The notes: generated from the sequence alone by a model not told the origin. A stretch of 55,517 bases of DNA from an uncultured virus (IMG/VR IMGVR_UViG_3300027689_000306) (IMGVR_UViG_3300027689_000306), one strand, 5' to 3'; counted from the first letter of the stretch, positions 26,620 to 39,100 are shown. Numbers and translations: made by a program.

Positions 26620-29600
26620 ATGAAGGCACAAATTTTAAAAATAGCAGGAGTTAAATCTGAAAAGGAGTTCTATAAGAAATATCCTTCAGAAGAAGCATTC
26701 ATGAAAGTCCATGGTAAAGCTTTTAAAAAAGCTCAGATAGGTACACTTATTGGTGGAGGATCTCCTACACAATTTGTTTCTAAACCAATGTCATATATTA
26801 ACTACCAAGAGTTATATGATAGTGCTGATAAATTAAACACTGGATCAACTCAAGCAGAAAGAGATAAAGCTGAAGCTGATGCTGCTGCAAAAGCTGCTGC
26901 ACAAGCTGCTGCTAAAGGTGGTGAGTCTGGTGGTGGAGGAATGGGTAGTATGATGGGTGGTATGGGAGACATAATGAAAATGTTTGGCAGTCAAGGTGAA
27001 GGTGCTGAAGGTGAAGGTGGTGAAGGAATGGATATGTCTGATATGGATTTTAGATATGGAGGATATGTTCCAAGAGCATACTCAGGATACACTACACCTA
27101 ACTGGTTTAACAATACAACTACTGATACTACTACCATAGTTCCAAGAGTTGATATGAATAAATATGGAATAGGTGCTCAGACAATGGGTAGGCTAGGAGA
27201 ACCACAAACTCCTGCAGCACAACCAAATCCTGTACCACAAGGAGATCCAAATGGTCCTGGTGGTATTATGGGAAAGAAGACTAACACTCCACCATATGCA
27301 GGAGCTCCTAGTCCTCCTAGTGATAGACGTCAAGGAGAGATACCAACAAAAAGTGGATTCACTAAAGTGATGGATACGTTAGGTCCATTTGCAGGACCTT
27401 TAGGAAGTATAGCTGGAGCTATTGATGAATTGAATGCTGAAGAGGCTAAGAAAAAGAATGCTGAGAGAGATGCAACTGTTAGTGATATTGCTAGAATGGC
27501 TTCTGCAACTAGAGAAGAAGAATCTAAAAGAAGATATGTTCGTCCTGAAGATATACAAAACACAGGAGAAGAGTTCTTTCCTATCTATGGTGTTGGTACA
27601 AATGTTCTTAGTAGAAACGGTGGACAATTTTATAGAGCTCAAAATGGATCTATGATAGGAGGTAATCCTACAGAGATACAAAACACTTATAGTAATGGAT
27701 ATGATATCTATACAGATGGTGGTTATGAACCATTACAAGATCCTAATCAGTTAAAAGACTTTAGACATGGTGGTTATTTACATCGTGCACAAGATGGTGG
27801 TTTTTGGTCAGGAGAAGCAGATCCTCAACTATATGGACAAATAGGAGGAATGGGTGCAGGTGTAGGACAATCTCTTTCAGGAGGTAAAAATGCTGGAGGA
27901 AGTATTGGAGGAACTGTTGGTAAAGCTGCTGGTACTGCTATTGGAGGACCTATTGGTGGTATGATTGGTGAAGCTGTTCTTGGAACAGTTGGAAACTTAT
28001 TAGATACAAACCCAAGAGATATTGCAAAAGCTCAAGAGAAAACTAAAGCTAATACACAAGTGATGGCTCTTAATTCAGGATTCCAAGGACTACAAGAATC
28101 ACATAATAGATATGTAAGAAACGGTGGTGATATTGCTAGCTATGAAGATGGTGGATATATGAACCCTAATTACAATCCACAATTAATAACAATGTTTGGT
28201 GATCACACTTCAGAAGACTTTGCTGACTATGCACATAAGTTTAGAGCTGGTGGACATTTAAAACAGTACACACCTCCAAGTGAAAGAGCTATGGAGACAT
28301 ATGCTATGGGTGGACAACTTCAAACTCATTGGGGTGGAGGAGCTGAGACTATGTCTCATAATCCTTACATGCCAGGCTCTGGTGAAACAGTTTTATTTAG
28401 AGGACAGTCACACACTGACTCTGATGGAAATGGTCAAACAGGTATTGGTATTACGTATGGTGATAATCCTGTAGAAGTAGAAAGAGGAGAACCTATGTTT
28501 GAAATGGAATCTGGTGGAGAAATAAATCCTCAAACAGGACAACCAGAAACTACTGGTGTAGTATTTGGTAATATGCAACTAGACAAAAAAGTAGTATCAC
28601 AATTTAATGATCCAGATCTTATGGAAATAGCAAATATATATAATGGTAAGAAATTCAAGAACATTGGAATTGATCTTGCTAAACAAGAAGCTAAGCAAAA
28701 CAAAATCATTGATAAAAATTCTAAGTTAGTAGATTCATTCAAAGTGGAAACATCTCTTGATAAAGCAAGACTTGCTGGATTGCAAGCTATGCTTGAAGGA
28801 GCTGATGCTAAACTTAGAAACATAGCTAACACTAAAATAACATTAGCTAACTATCAAAATGCAATCAATGATGCTAAAGAAGAACTATCTGATGTGATAG
28901 GAGAAAACCTTAGTGCAGAAGATCTTGCTAAAGGATATACTAAGCTTGATAAGGATCCAGTTACAATGAATGCTAAGAATGGAGCTAATCTTATTAAGAA
29001 AGCTAAAGATGGTGCCACTACAACAAAAGAAACTACTTCTCCTCCAAAATCATTTGATAGTGATAGAGATGCTTTAAACCAAGGATACAAATTCACTGGT
29101 AAGTATGGACCTGATGGAAAGACTAAAATATACGAAAGAGTTATAAAGAAGTTTGATACTAAAGACACAGAAACTAAATCTGCAGATGCTCTTGGATATG
29201 TTCCTGCAGGGCAAAAACAAAGTGCATTAGGAACATGGGGTAAAGTGACACCAGCACAATTTGAAGAAGCTAAGAAAGCTAATTCTTGGTATCCAGGTTG
29301 GAGTACATTAAATCCTAAGAGCAAAGTAGATGTAAAGAATTATCAAAGAGCATTTAATGCTAGAGCTAAAGCAATGGGATCAACAGCATTTATAAATGAA
29401 GATGGTGACTTTGGAGAACAAACTGTATCTGCAAGAATAGCTGAAGCTAAAAAAACAGATCCAGCTAATAGTGAAGAAACAATAATGGCAACAGTTACTC
29501 CAGCAGAAGGAGCTCCTACTACAACAAAAGAAACTAGTAAGATTCCTTCATGGGCATTACTTGCTAATCAAGCATTAAGATATTTAACACCAACAGATCA

Positions 29601-30369
29601 ATCAGAACTAGATGCTGTGCAATTATATCCAGAGTGGAATGCTATGGCTAGTAATCAATTAGAACCTGTTCCTGCACAGAGTTATCAACCAGAACTAATG
29701 GTTCCTTATGATATCTCTTTACAAGCACAGCGTAACTCTGTAATGTCTGCTACTAGAAATCGTGAAAGACAAATTGGATACAATCCAGCTGCTCAATCTA
29801 ATATGGCTCCAGCTGAATATAATGCTATAAACGAAATAAACGAAAAAGAGTTTATGGCTAACCAAGGATTAAAGAACCAAGTTTATACTAGTAACGTTAA
29901 TACAATGAATGATGCTAAGAAGATAAACTTAGGAATCTTTGCTGATCAATGGACTAAACAATCTCAAGCTAGATCAAACACTAAAGCTACAACACAAGCT
30001 GCTCTTAATTCTATTGCTGATAAGTATGCTAAGAACAAACTTGAGAATAGAAAACTTTCTATCTATGAGAACATGTACAACTACAGATTTGGTAACAATG
30101 GTAGAGCTAAGAACTACAATGGTCTTCAATTCTTTGATACCACTATAGGTGGAAATAGTTCATCAGGTGGAGGAGGATTAGCTTCAGGTAAAGAGTTTAC
30201 ATATGATGCTGCTGGTAACATTGTAGGAGTTAGATCTTCTGATAAGAACACTGTAACAGATGCTGACCTTGAAGCAGTAGGAGGAATTGGTGAAAAAAGA
30301 AAAAATGGAGGAACATCTAAAAAGAACTACAAGAACAGCTCTGTCGTAAGAGCATTCAAAAATTTATAA
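26620..30369 (+). CDS. Internal virion cargo/ejection protein with GG motifs, Gly-rich membrane-like segment and peptidoglycan-binding-like motif
   Basis: 1249 aa; AGTAIGGPIGGMIG glycine zipper; G.SH...VEVE.GE motif; DGDFGEQT. Confidence 0.55.
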   Translation: MKAQILKIAGVKSEKEFYKKYPSEEAFMKVHGKAFKKAQIGTLIGGGSPTQFVSKPMSYINYQELYDSADKLNTGSTQAERDKAEADAAAKAAAQAAAKGGESGGGGMGSMMGGMGDIMKMFGSQGEGAEGEGGEGMDMSDMDFRYGGYVPRAYSGYTTPNWFNNTTTDTTTIVPRVDMNKYGIGAQTMGRLGEPQTPAAQPNPVPQGDPNGPGGIMGKKTNTPPYAGAPSPPSDRRQGEIPTKSGFTKVMDTLGPFAGPLGSIAGAIDELNAEEAKKKNAERDATVSDIARMASATREEESKRRYVRPEDIQNTGEEFFPIYGVGTNVLSRNGGQFYRAQNGSMIGGNPTEIQNTYSNGYDIYTDGGYEPLQDPNQLKDFRHGGYLHRAQDGGFWSGEADPQLYGQIGGMGAGVGQSLSGGKNAGGSIGGTVGKAAGTAIGGPIGGMIGEAVLGTVGNLLDTNPRDIAKAQEKTKANTQVMALNSGFQGLQESHNRYVRNGGDIASYEDGGYMNPNYNPQLITMFGDHTSEDFADYAHKFRAGGHLKQYTPPSERAMETYAMGGQLQTHWGGGAETMSHNPYMPGSGETVLFRGQSHTDSDGNGQTGIGITYGDNPVEVERGEPMFEMESGGEINPQTGQPETTGVVFGNMQLDKKVVSQFNDPDLMEIANIYNGKKFKNIGIDLAKQEAKQNKIIDKNSKLVDSFKVETSLDKARLAGLQAMLEGADAKLRNIANTKITLANYQNAINDAKEELSDVIGENLSAEDLAKGYTKLDKDPVTMNAKNGANLIKKAKDGATTTKETTSPPKSFDSDRDALNQGYKFTGKYGPDGKTKIYERVIKKFDTKDTETKSADALGYVPAGQKQSALGTWGKVTPAQFEEAKKANSWYPGWSTLNPKSKVDVKNYQRAFNARAKAMGSTAFINEDGDFGEQTVSARIAEAKKTDPANSEETIMATVTPAEGAPTTTKETSKIPSWALLANQALRYLTPTDQSELDAVQLYPEWNAMASNQLEPVPAQSYQPELMVPYDISLQAQRNSVMSATRNRERQIGYNPAAQSNMAPAEYNAINEINEKEFMANQGLKNQVYTSNVNTMNDAKKINLGIFADQWTKQSQARSNTKATTQAALNSIADKYAKNKLENRKLSIYENMYNYRFGNNGRAKNYNGLQFFDTTIGGNSSSGGGGLASGKEFTYDAAGNIVGVRSSDKNTVTDADLEAVGGIGEKRKNGGTSKKNYKNSSVVRAFKNL

Positions 30370-30385
30370 CTAATTTAATTATAAA
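30363..30385. promoter_or_regulatory. 23-bp palindrome, copy 2
   Basis: TTTATAACTAATTTAATTATAAA is 22/23 identical to 12147-12169 and overlaps the stop codon of the 26620 gene. Confidence 0.6.
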
Positions 30386-30410
30386 GAATTAACATATATC
30401 GTTATACACT

Positions 30411-30442
30411 ATTGTATAATCTAATAATTCATATTATATTTG
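30411..30442 (+). promoter_or_regulatory. Bacteroidota-type promoter for the cargo/vRNAP genes
   Basis: ATTG (30411-30414), 20 nt, then TATATTTG (30435-30442), a perfect TAnnTTTG match. Confidence 0.65.
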
Positions 30443-30457
30443 CTTAATTAACTCGCT

Positions 30458-33145
30458 ATGGCTTCATATACAGACAAAATCCCAACCTTTAATCCTTACG
30501 TAGAGCAGCAACCTATAGATGCAATGCTTAAGGTAGGTGTGTACAAACAAAAAATGTACGAAGATGGAGTAAAGAAAATTCAAACTAACATTGATAATGT
30601 TGCAGGGTTAGATATTGCTAATGAAGTTCAGCAGAAATATCTACAATCTAAACTTAACTCTTTAGGTAATAACTTAACATTCTTAGCTGCTGGAGACTTC
30701 TCTGATTTCTCTTTGGTTAATTCTGTTAATGGTATGACTAAACAGATAACTAAAGATGAAGATGTTTTGAATGCGGTTAGTTCTACAGCTAGACTTAGAG
30801 CAGGATATAAAAAGAAAGCTGAGTTAGCAAAGAAAGGATTAACAGATAAGAACAATGATGACTACTATGATATGTATGCATCAGACTATGTTAATAGCAA
30901 AGATTTAAAAGCTTCTTTTAGTGCTGACTATGTTCCTTATACAAACATTGTAAAGAAGTTAAAAGAAGCTCTTGTAGGTGTTGGACAAAGTGAAACCATA
31001 GCAGAACAAATATTTGTTACTGGTCCTGATAATAAACCACTTATCACTAATGGACATTATACATATGCTGATGCTAAGACAATTGAAAAGCTTGTTACAA
31101 ACAAACCAGCTGTAATTGCTGCTATCAATAATGTATTGAATGAAGGAAATGTAAAACAACAAATAGGAATTGATGGTTGGGCTACATATAGAAATACAGA
31201 AGCTACAACATTGTTAGAACCTTTGAAAGCTGATTATGATAGTGAGAGATCTAGATTACAACAACAAGCATTAGAAATCACTGCTATGTTGAATGGAACA
31301 AATATATCTCCTGAGCAAAAAGAAATGTACATCAAGGCTGCTTCTGAAAATGAAGCTGCTTTATTAAAGAATGATAATACATTTATAACATTGTCTAAAG
31401 AAGCAGAGGATAATCCAGAATCATTTAAACAAAGCTATTACACTCAAGAGTTTAAGCAACGTTTATTAAATCAATTTCTTGATGAGGATAGTTCAAAAAC
31501 ATATGCAACTAATGAAGCTTTGCAACAGCAAAACTACAGAGATGACATGGCATTTAAAAAAACACAAGAAAGAAACAAGCTTGCTATTGATAGAGCAAAA
31601 TTAGCACTTGATCAACATGCAAGTCTAAGAGAAGATTATAAATTCATGGCTGAATATGAACAAGATCTTGCTACAGGAAATTGGAATAAAAAACCTGAAC
31701 CAGGTAAAGGTAAAGGTCCAGGAGGAACATATGATGCAAATAAAGCATTGTTCACAGCTGGTACTCCAGGAGATAAAGTGAATGCTCAAAACATTATTGA
31801 AACAGATATAAGTACACTAACTGAAGATAAAAACCTAAAATCAAAATCTATATTTTTTGATTTTGTAAGAACATGGAAGAACGATCCTAAGTTAGATGAT
31901 AAAGATATTTTAGTTATGGCTGATAGATGGGCCAAAGAAAAAGGTATAAGCACTGAAGCATACTTAGATAGATTTGTAAATAACATTAAGAACAATTATG
32001 ATAATAATGGAGTAGTTCCTCCACCTAATTTAAATGATGAGCTTGCTGAATTTATTGAGACTTCTAGCACTTTAAATAATAAAGTAAATCTTAAAATAAC
32101 AGCTAGAGCATCTGCTAATAAAGAAGCTGATGTTGATGGAGAGTTAAAAAAATTATTAGCTGGGCATCAAACAATGAATTTTAATATTGAAGGTCAAAAG
32201 TTTACTATCACTCCTGAAGACATGTTGCAAATGGAAAAGAGTGGATTGATACGAGAACTAGCTCTTGGGTATGGTTCAGCTGTTAGAAATAGATTTAGTA
32301 TTAACGATAAAAGATTAAATGCTAATCAAAATAAATTTCTTTCTCAATGGTATAAGATGTCTCCTGAAATGCATAATCAACTCTTTAAAGAAGTTGATAG
32401 TTTTAAAGGTAAGCAAGTTAAATATTATGATACATTAGATAAGGCTGAAAAAATATATAATGATAAACTAGCTAAAGTGGTTGGTGTAAATGATGCTGTG
32501 TCAGGACTTTTAGCTATGGATACTGAATCAAAACCTGAAACTATAGGTATGGTGGCTACGTATGTAAATGGTGGAGAAAGAAACTATGGACCAGGTGTAG
32601 ATAAAGAAACAGTATTAAAAGCTTTAGATAATGCAAAAACTATATCTTGGAATGCTAAAAAGCCTACCAATTCTAGAGAAGACTGGATGGGTGAGATAAT
32701 AGTTAATGATGAAGATGGAAAATCTTACACTATAACTAATGTAAACCGTACAGATTTAACAACTTTTACAAATGCTAAATTTACAAATTATGTAGAACAA
32801 CCTATTCAGGATGCAATTAACATGAATGAGAACACCAAATCTACAAATCCTGTATACATGGTTAACTCACCTGATGCTTGGACTACAGCTCATTATAAAG
32901 GTACTAACATTAATCCAGCAGTAACTCAAGCAGGTTGGAGTTATCGTGCTGATGTTATAAAATCAGGTGGAGGATATAGACTTGTTAATTATGTTAGACC
33001 TCCAAACGCTACAGGGTACACTACTATATATGGTGCCGCTATTGCAACTGATGAACAGATTATAGATAACACATACAAAACAACATCTCCAGCAGAGTTG
33101 AGTGCTATGTATTTAAATTATCTACACAACCAAACAAAAAAATAA
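30458..33145 (+). CDS. Internal virion cargo protein preceding the vRNAP
   Basis: 895 aa, helical, with a F.PYVEQ.P N-terminus; first of the three large co-transcribed cargo genes, as in crAss-like phages. Confidence 0.55.
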   Translation: MASYTDKIPTFNPYVEQQPIDAMLKVGVYKQKMYEDGVKKIQTNIDNVAGLDIANEVQQKYLQSKLNSLGNNLTFLAAGDFSDFSLVNSVNGMTKQITKDEDVLNAVSSTARLRAGYKKKAELAKKGLTDKNNDDYYDMYASDYVNSKDLKASFSADYVPYTNIVKKLKEALVGVGQSETIAEQIFVTGPDNKPLITNGHYTYADAKTIEKLVTNKPAVIAAINNVLNEGNVKQQIGIDGWATYRNTEATTLLEPLKADYDSERSRLQQQALEITAMLNGTNISPEQKEMYIKAASENEAALLKNDNTFITLSKEAEDNPESFKQSYYTQEFKQRLLNQFLDEDSSKTYATNEALQQQNYRDDMAFKKTQERNKLAIDRAKLALDQHASLREDYKFMAEYEQDLATGNWNKKPEPGKGKGPGGTYDANKALFTAGTPGDKVNAQNIIETDISTLTEDKNLKSKSIFFDFVRTWKNDPKLDDKDILVMADRWAKEKGISTEAYLDRFVNNIKNNYDNNGVVPPPNLNDELAEFIETSSTLNNKVNLKITARASANKEADVDGELKKLLAGHQTMNFNIEGQKFTITPEDMLQMEKSGLIRELALGYGSAVRNRFSINDKRLNANQNKFLSQWYKMSPEMHNQLFKEVDSFKGKQVKYYDTLDKAEKIYNDKLAKVVGVNDAVSGLLAMDTESKPETIGMVATYVNGGERNYGPGVDKETVLKALDNAKTISWNAKKPTNSREDWMGEIIVNDEDGKSYTITNVNRTDLTTFTNAKFTNYVEQPIQDAINMNENTKSTNPVYMVNSPDAWTTAHYKGTNINPAVTQAGWSYRADVIKSGGGYRLVNYVRPPNATGYTTIYGAAIATDEQIIDNTYKTTSPAELSAMYLNYLHNQTKK

Positions 33146-33155
33146 ATAATAGATT

Positions 33156-36100
33156 ATGCCAGATCCTAAAAATCCAAATCTAGCAGGACAACCTTATGTA
33201 AGAGGTCCCCTTAATCCTAACATTGGTTCAATCACTACCACTCCCTTAACTACAGGATTTCCTGGATTAAGAACAGGAAGACCATTGTCTCAAGATGACA
33301 GAATCAATCTTCAAAATCGTCAAGTAGATCCTAGTGAAATTAGACCAGGTAAAACCTATTTGTCTGATGTTGCATCTGATTTAACTGGTAGATATGATAC
33401 TGTTATTTATGGAGCTAACAATGAAGATGCTTGGGGAGCACAACAATCTGTTTTATCAAAAGGTGTTAATGGAATATTAAAAGGAACTAACCTTGCAGCT
33501 ACAACTGTTGTTGGTGGATTTGCTACAGTGGGTGGTGCTATATCTTCTTTGTTTACAGGAAGACTTTCTGACATATGGGATAACCCTGTAATGCAGGGAA
33601 TTGATAAATGGAATGAAAAGGTGGATCAAGAATATCTACCAAACTATTATACAGATCAAGAAAAGAATGCTAACTGGTATTCTCCTGATAACTGGTGGAC
33701 AGCAAACTTCTTATTTGATAAAGCAATCAAAAACTCTGGATTTGCTGTAGGTGCTATCATCTCTGGTAACATTGCTAACAGTGCACTTAAAGCTGCAGGT
33801 ACTGCAATTGGTCAAGGAGCTGCTGCATTAGATGCTGCTCAATCATTTAAAGCTTTCTCTCCATTATTAAAAAATACTGCAAGAGCTTTCTCTGCAGGTA
33901 AGAATGCTGAAGCTGCTGCTTTATTAGAAGGAGAGATTTCTTCTATTGCTGACATTACACAAAGAACATCTAAGATGGCTGAGATTGCAGCACAAACAAA
34001 TCAGTTTGGTTATGTGAATAGTGTTGGTAGAAGATTTGGTGTAGCTGCATATTCTCAAGCTGGAGAGTCTGCATTTGAAGGATTACAAACATCTAATGAA
34101 TTTAGAGATAAATTAATTGATCAACAGACAAGAGCTAACTTTGGTGTAGCATTAAATGAAGAACAATTAAAGAGAATAGATGAAACAACAGCTAAAGTGG
34201 GGAAAGCATCTTTCCTTACTAATATGGCTTTATTAACAGCTACAGAATATGTACAGCTTCCTAAGTTAATGGGAAGTACATATGCTTCTGAAAGACAAGC
34301 TGCAAATAGTTTATCTAGAATGACTAATGATGTTGTATTAGAAAATGGTCAATATGTTGCTAGACAAACAGCTAAAACTAATTTTGGTAAACTATATAAT
34401 AAAGTTAAAGGTGTAGGTAAGTATGTGTTTGATCCTAAAGAGATGGGTCAAGAGATTGGTCAGTATGCTGTACAGATAGGAACACAAAACTATTATAATA
34501 AAGCATTCAAAGGAGATGACGCTAGTGTATTAGTTGATGGTGTTCTATATGGATTGTATGGAACAGATGAATCTGGCAAAGGAGTGGGAGCATTAAACTC
34601 TAAAGAAGGACTTGAAGGTGGACTTATTGGAGGTCTTACTGGTGGAGTTATGCAAGCTAGAGGTAATTACATGATGAGTAAAGCTACTAAAACAAACACT
34701 GCAGCTTTCTTACAAGAACTTAATAATGCACCTACATACAAAGAAGCATTTCAATATAAAATGGATGCTGTAAATAGAGGAGTGGTTCTTCAAGAACAAC
34801 AAGAAGAAGCTATTGAACAAGGAGATGAATTAGAAGCAAAAGATCTTAATGCAGATATGATGCATAACTATCTAGCACCACGTATTAAATATGGTAAGAT
34901 AGATATGGTTATGGATGACATCAAAGAGATGAGAAAAGATTCTATGACTCCTGAAGGATTAGCAGGTCTTAAACAAGCAGGTCTTGCTAATATAAATGAT
35001 ACAGCTGAAACATTCAATGCTAGACTTTCGTATTTTGAAACTACAGCTAAGAACACAGATCAAATCTATGCATCTACTAATCTAAGATACTCTGGAGAGA
35101 TATTAAAAGATGCAGAAGGTAAACCTATATTAAACGACAAAGGGCAACAACAAAGAAAGTATTCTGATCAAGCAATTGATCAAATGTCTTATGCTGCTAG
35201 TAAAGTGGCAGACTATGACTTGCGTATTCCTCAAGTGGCTACTCTTCCTGTAAGTAATGGAATTGATGTACAATCTATTGTTAATGAAGAATTAACTAAT
35301 CCAGAATCTACAGCTCTTGCTGATAAACTTGCTGAACTTGATGCTAATCCAGAAGTTAACACTGCAGAAGTTAAACAAGATTTGGTAGACTCTGTTGAGT
35401 TAGCAATGAGAAGAAAAGAATATCTTAAAGATTACAATGACCTTATTGCTAATCCAGCTAGCTATATTCAAGAGAGAAGAGAGTTTGAAGAACCTGTAAC
35501 AGGACCTAAAGAAACTATTTCTATCAAAACTAAAAGAGGACCTAGAGACATTGAAATAGGTACAGAGTATTTCTTAGGTAAGGTGGTTGACTTTGATGAT
35601 AAAGGACATGAAGTATATCGTGCTCCTAGAATGATTGTATTAGGTAAGAATGATGATGGTACAATTAAAGTGCAAGACTCAGATGGTAATGTATATGATT
35701 TAAAAGAATCTACATTAGAGAGATATAATCTAGGTAAGGTTGATTCTACATTAAAGAATAAGAAAGCCAAGTTCTATATGGAACATTGGAACACTATCTA
35801 TGAATTCAACTTTGGTAAGAAGTATGGTAAACAAAAAGGTAGAATAGAATTTGATCCTGAGACTGGTCAAATGATGTTTAAATACAGAAACAAAAAAGGA
35901 GAGATAAAAGAGATTGAAGTTACAGGAGATCAATTTGTTGCTAAGAAAGGGTTTGCAGAACCTATGATTAAAGAAGTTGGTGAACTAACTGCAGCTCAAC
36001 AAAAAGCAAAAGATGATTTTGTTGCTCAAGAAGATCCACGTATACAAGCTAAACGTGAAGCACGTCTTCAAATATTAAATGATTTGTTTGATGACTTAGC

Positions 36101-39100
36101 TACTAAGCAAGATAAGATAGAGAAAACAATTGATCAGAAACAAAAAGAACTTACTAAGGCTAAAGAAGAATACGAAGCTTTACAGAAAGAAATAGAATCA
36201 GCTGAGCTTGATAAGCGTACAAAAGCATTTAAGTTTAAAGCTGCTACAACAAGAGCTCTTGATAATGCTATGCGTCTATCTAGAATGCAAGAGCAATTAG
36301 AAAGAGAGATAGAGTCTTTACAATTAGATGCTGAAGAGATTGATGCTACACTTAGTTATATTACAGACATGGCTGCTAATATAGATGAGTACTCAACCAA
36401 TTTCAAAGACTTCATGGATGAGTTACAAGATGAAATTATAGATCTTGAAGTGTTACAAGAAACAACTCAGAAACAAATCACCACTCTATCTAAATTAGCT
36501 AGAGATACTCAGGCTGCATTAGATTCAACTATTGATTATATATCTAAACTTATATCTGCATTTGAATCTAAGTATCCAAATGTTCCTAGACTTATGGGAC
36601 AAGACTGGGTTGACTTCTTAAAAGACAATCCTAACTTCCTTAAGCTTAAGCCTAATTATAGATCAGACTTACAGATGATCGATGATGTTGTTGCTGAGAT
36701 GGAAGATGGTGACATCAATATCAATGAGCAAAGACTAAAAGATCTTGTTGATCATTTAGCTATTATGCAAGGATCATTAGATGAAGTGCAACAAGAGATT
36801 GAAGCTAAGGAGATGATTCTCAATAAGTTCAAACAGATTGCTGATAAATATAAAAAACAACAAGAAGAAGAAAGAAGACTTCAGAATGATCAAGCTCTTC
36901 GTGCTGAATACTTAGGAACTAATAGTCTTGATGTACAGAGTTTCTTTAGTAATGCATACTACGAAGCATCTGCTAAGAAAGATGATCTTGATGTAGTGGG
37001 ATCTACTATTGCTGTTACTAGAGGTAAAGAAGGTGAGCAGATTAGAGAACATCATGCAAGAGCAAACCGTTTTGGTTTCAACATGCATAAGTTTGATAAT
37101 AGAAATGCTCTTCGTGGAATGATTGTCACTGCTGCTACAGAAGCTGATGCTGGTGTAGATGGTCTTATGAACTATCTAACTGATGAAGGAAGAGCTACTG
37201 ATTACCAAGGTAAGCCTGTCAATCCTAATAAAATCATTGCTCTTGTAATGGTACAAGACAATGAAGATGGTACATTTACATTAGTTGATGAGAATGGTGT
37301 TCCTTTTACCAAAGAACAATTAGCTGACCCTATTAAAAATGCTATCTTCCAAGTGTTCCCTAATGAAGAACTAGAAGCTACATATACAAACAAAGATGGT
37401 AATAGAGAAAGAAGTTCTATGTTTAGAGCTTCTACTGATGAAGCTGTACAAACATCTTTAAGACAACAATATAGTAAATGGAGAAATGATCGTTTACAAG
37501 AAGAATCTATTCCTGAACCACAGCCTATTGCTGCATCATTTGGTATTCCAGATTATGTAACACGTCTAGATGAGAAAGGAAAAGAAGTAAGAGACTATGA
37601 TGCTAGAGTGGCTGTAGAAACTACAGGACTATTAGAAGAAGGAGCTTTGATTGAAGATCCTGTATTAATGGTTGCTACAAGCAATGACTCTGTTACATAT
37701 GGTAAAGTGACATTTGATACTCCACAAGGTAGAGTGTTCTTAAAAGTTCCTGGTGGATTAATTAAATTAAAAAACAGAAACCTTACAGAGAATGAAGTAA
37801 ATACTATCTATGATGTAATGCTTCAGGTAACTAAGAACACAACAAAAGATGGCACTACTAAAACAGCTGAGACACAATATTTATTTAATTGGTTAAAGAC
37901 TATTGTTTACTGGGGTGTTCCTAGAAATACACAGACAGGAGAAAGAAAAGAAAATCCTGGATACAATAGTATTTGGTTTGAAGATGTTACAGAAGGTAAT
38001 AAGTCTTTCAGTAAATTATTCTTATCAGGTCTTGGTGGTGAAGCATTTGATTTTACAACAAGTGGATTAGAACTTAAAGAGAATGAGATTAAGGCTATCC
38101 TTAGAGGTATGTATAACAATGTTAATGCTACTAAGGTTAATACAGAATCATTCAAGAAAAAATATACAGAGATAACTGGTATAGATGAAGAAGGTAAACC
38201 AATTACAAAAGATTGGGATAACTACCAAACATACTTATTATCAGCTGAGGGAAGAACTAATGAAGAGATTCCTTTGGTTACACAAGTGAGACCATTAACT
38301 GATCCTAATATTCCTAATAAGAAAGGAATCTATTTTACATTAGATTCAGTAGCAGATGATTTCTTTATTCCTAAACGAGAGCCTGTAGTTACACAAGCTC
38401 CTGCACCAGCAGCTCCAACAGCAACAGCTGATGCTAAACAACCTGAATTCTCTACAGCACCTACACAAAAAGAATATAACTTAGAGGGTGGAGAGAATGA
38501 ATGGAATTCTAAATTTGGTAAGATTCCTTTTAAAATAGATGCTAGAAAGTTTACAGATACAGATGGAAATGAAGGATTTAGCATAACATTTGAACCCACT
38601 ACAATGGCAGGAATCATGACTGAAAAAGGTCTTGATCCTAATGAACCTAAAGACGTTGATCAAGCTAGAGCTGTTGTATATGGTGCCATCTTAGCTAAAC
38701 TAAGACCACAGTTGGATGCATTCAAAACTAAGGCAAAGATACCTGCAGCTGATGCTCCACAAACAACATTTGTATTAGATGGGTTAGGAGAGAACACTAT
38801 ACAGATAGGAAGTCATGGTAAGATAATATTTACATTAGATGGTAAGAAGTTTAATGAAACTAAAGAAGGGTTTAATATTCAGTTTGGTTCTTTTGATGGA
38901 GAAGTTTTAAAATCAGTTGCTGAAGCTAAAAATATTCCAGGAGAAGAAGCTAAACAATTAATTGGTAATGATATATACATGAAGGTGCTTCCACAATTGG
39001 AAGGAATGAAGATTCCAGTTCAACCTGCACTTGCTACACCATTTACACCAACTACTGAAGGACCTCCTCCTATGCCTGAAGGATTTGATATTTTTGCTGA

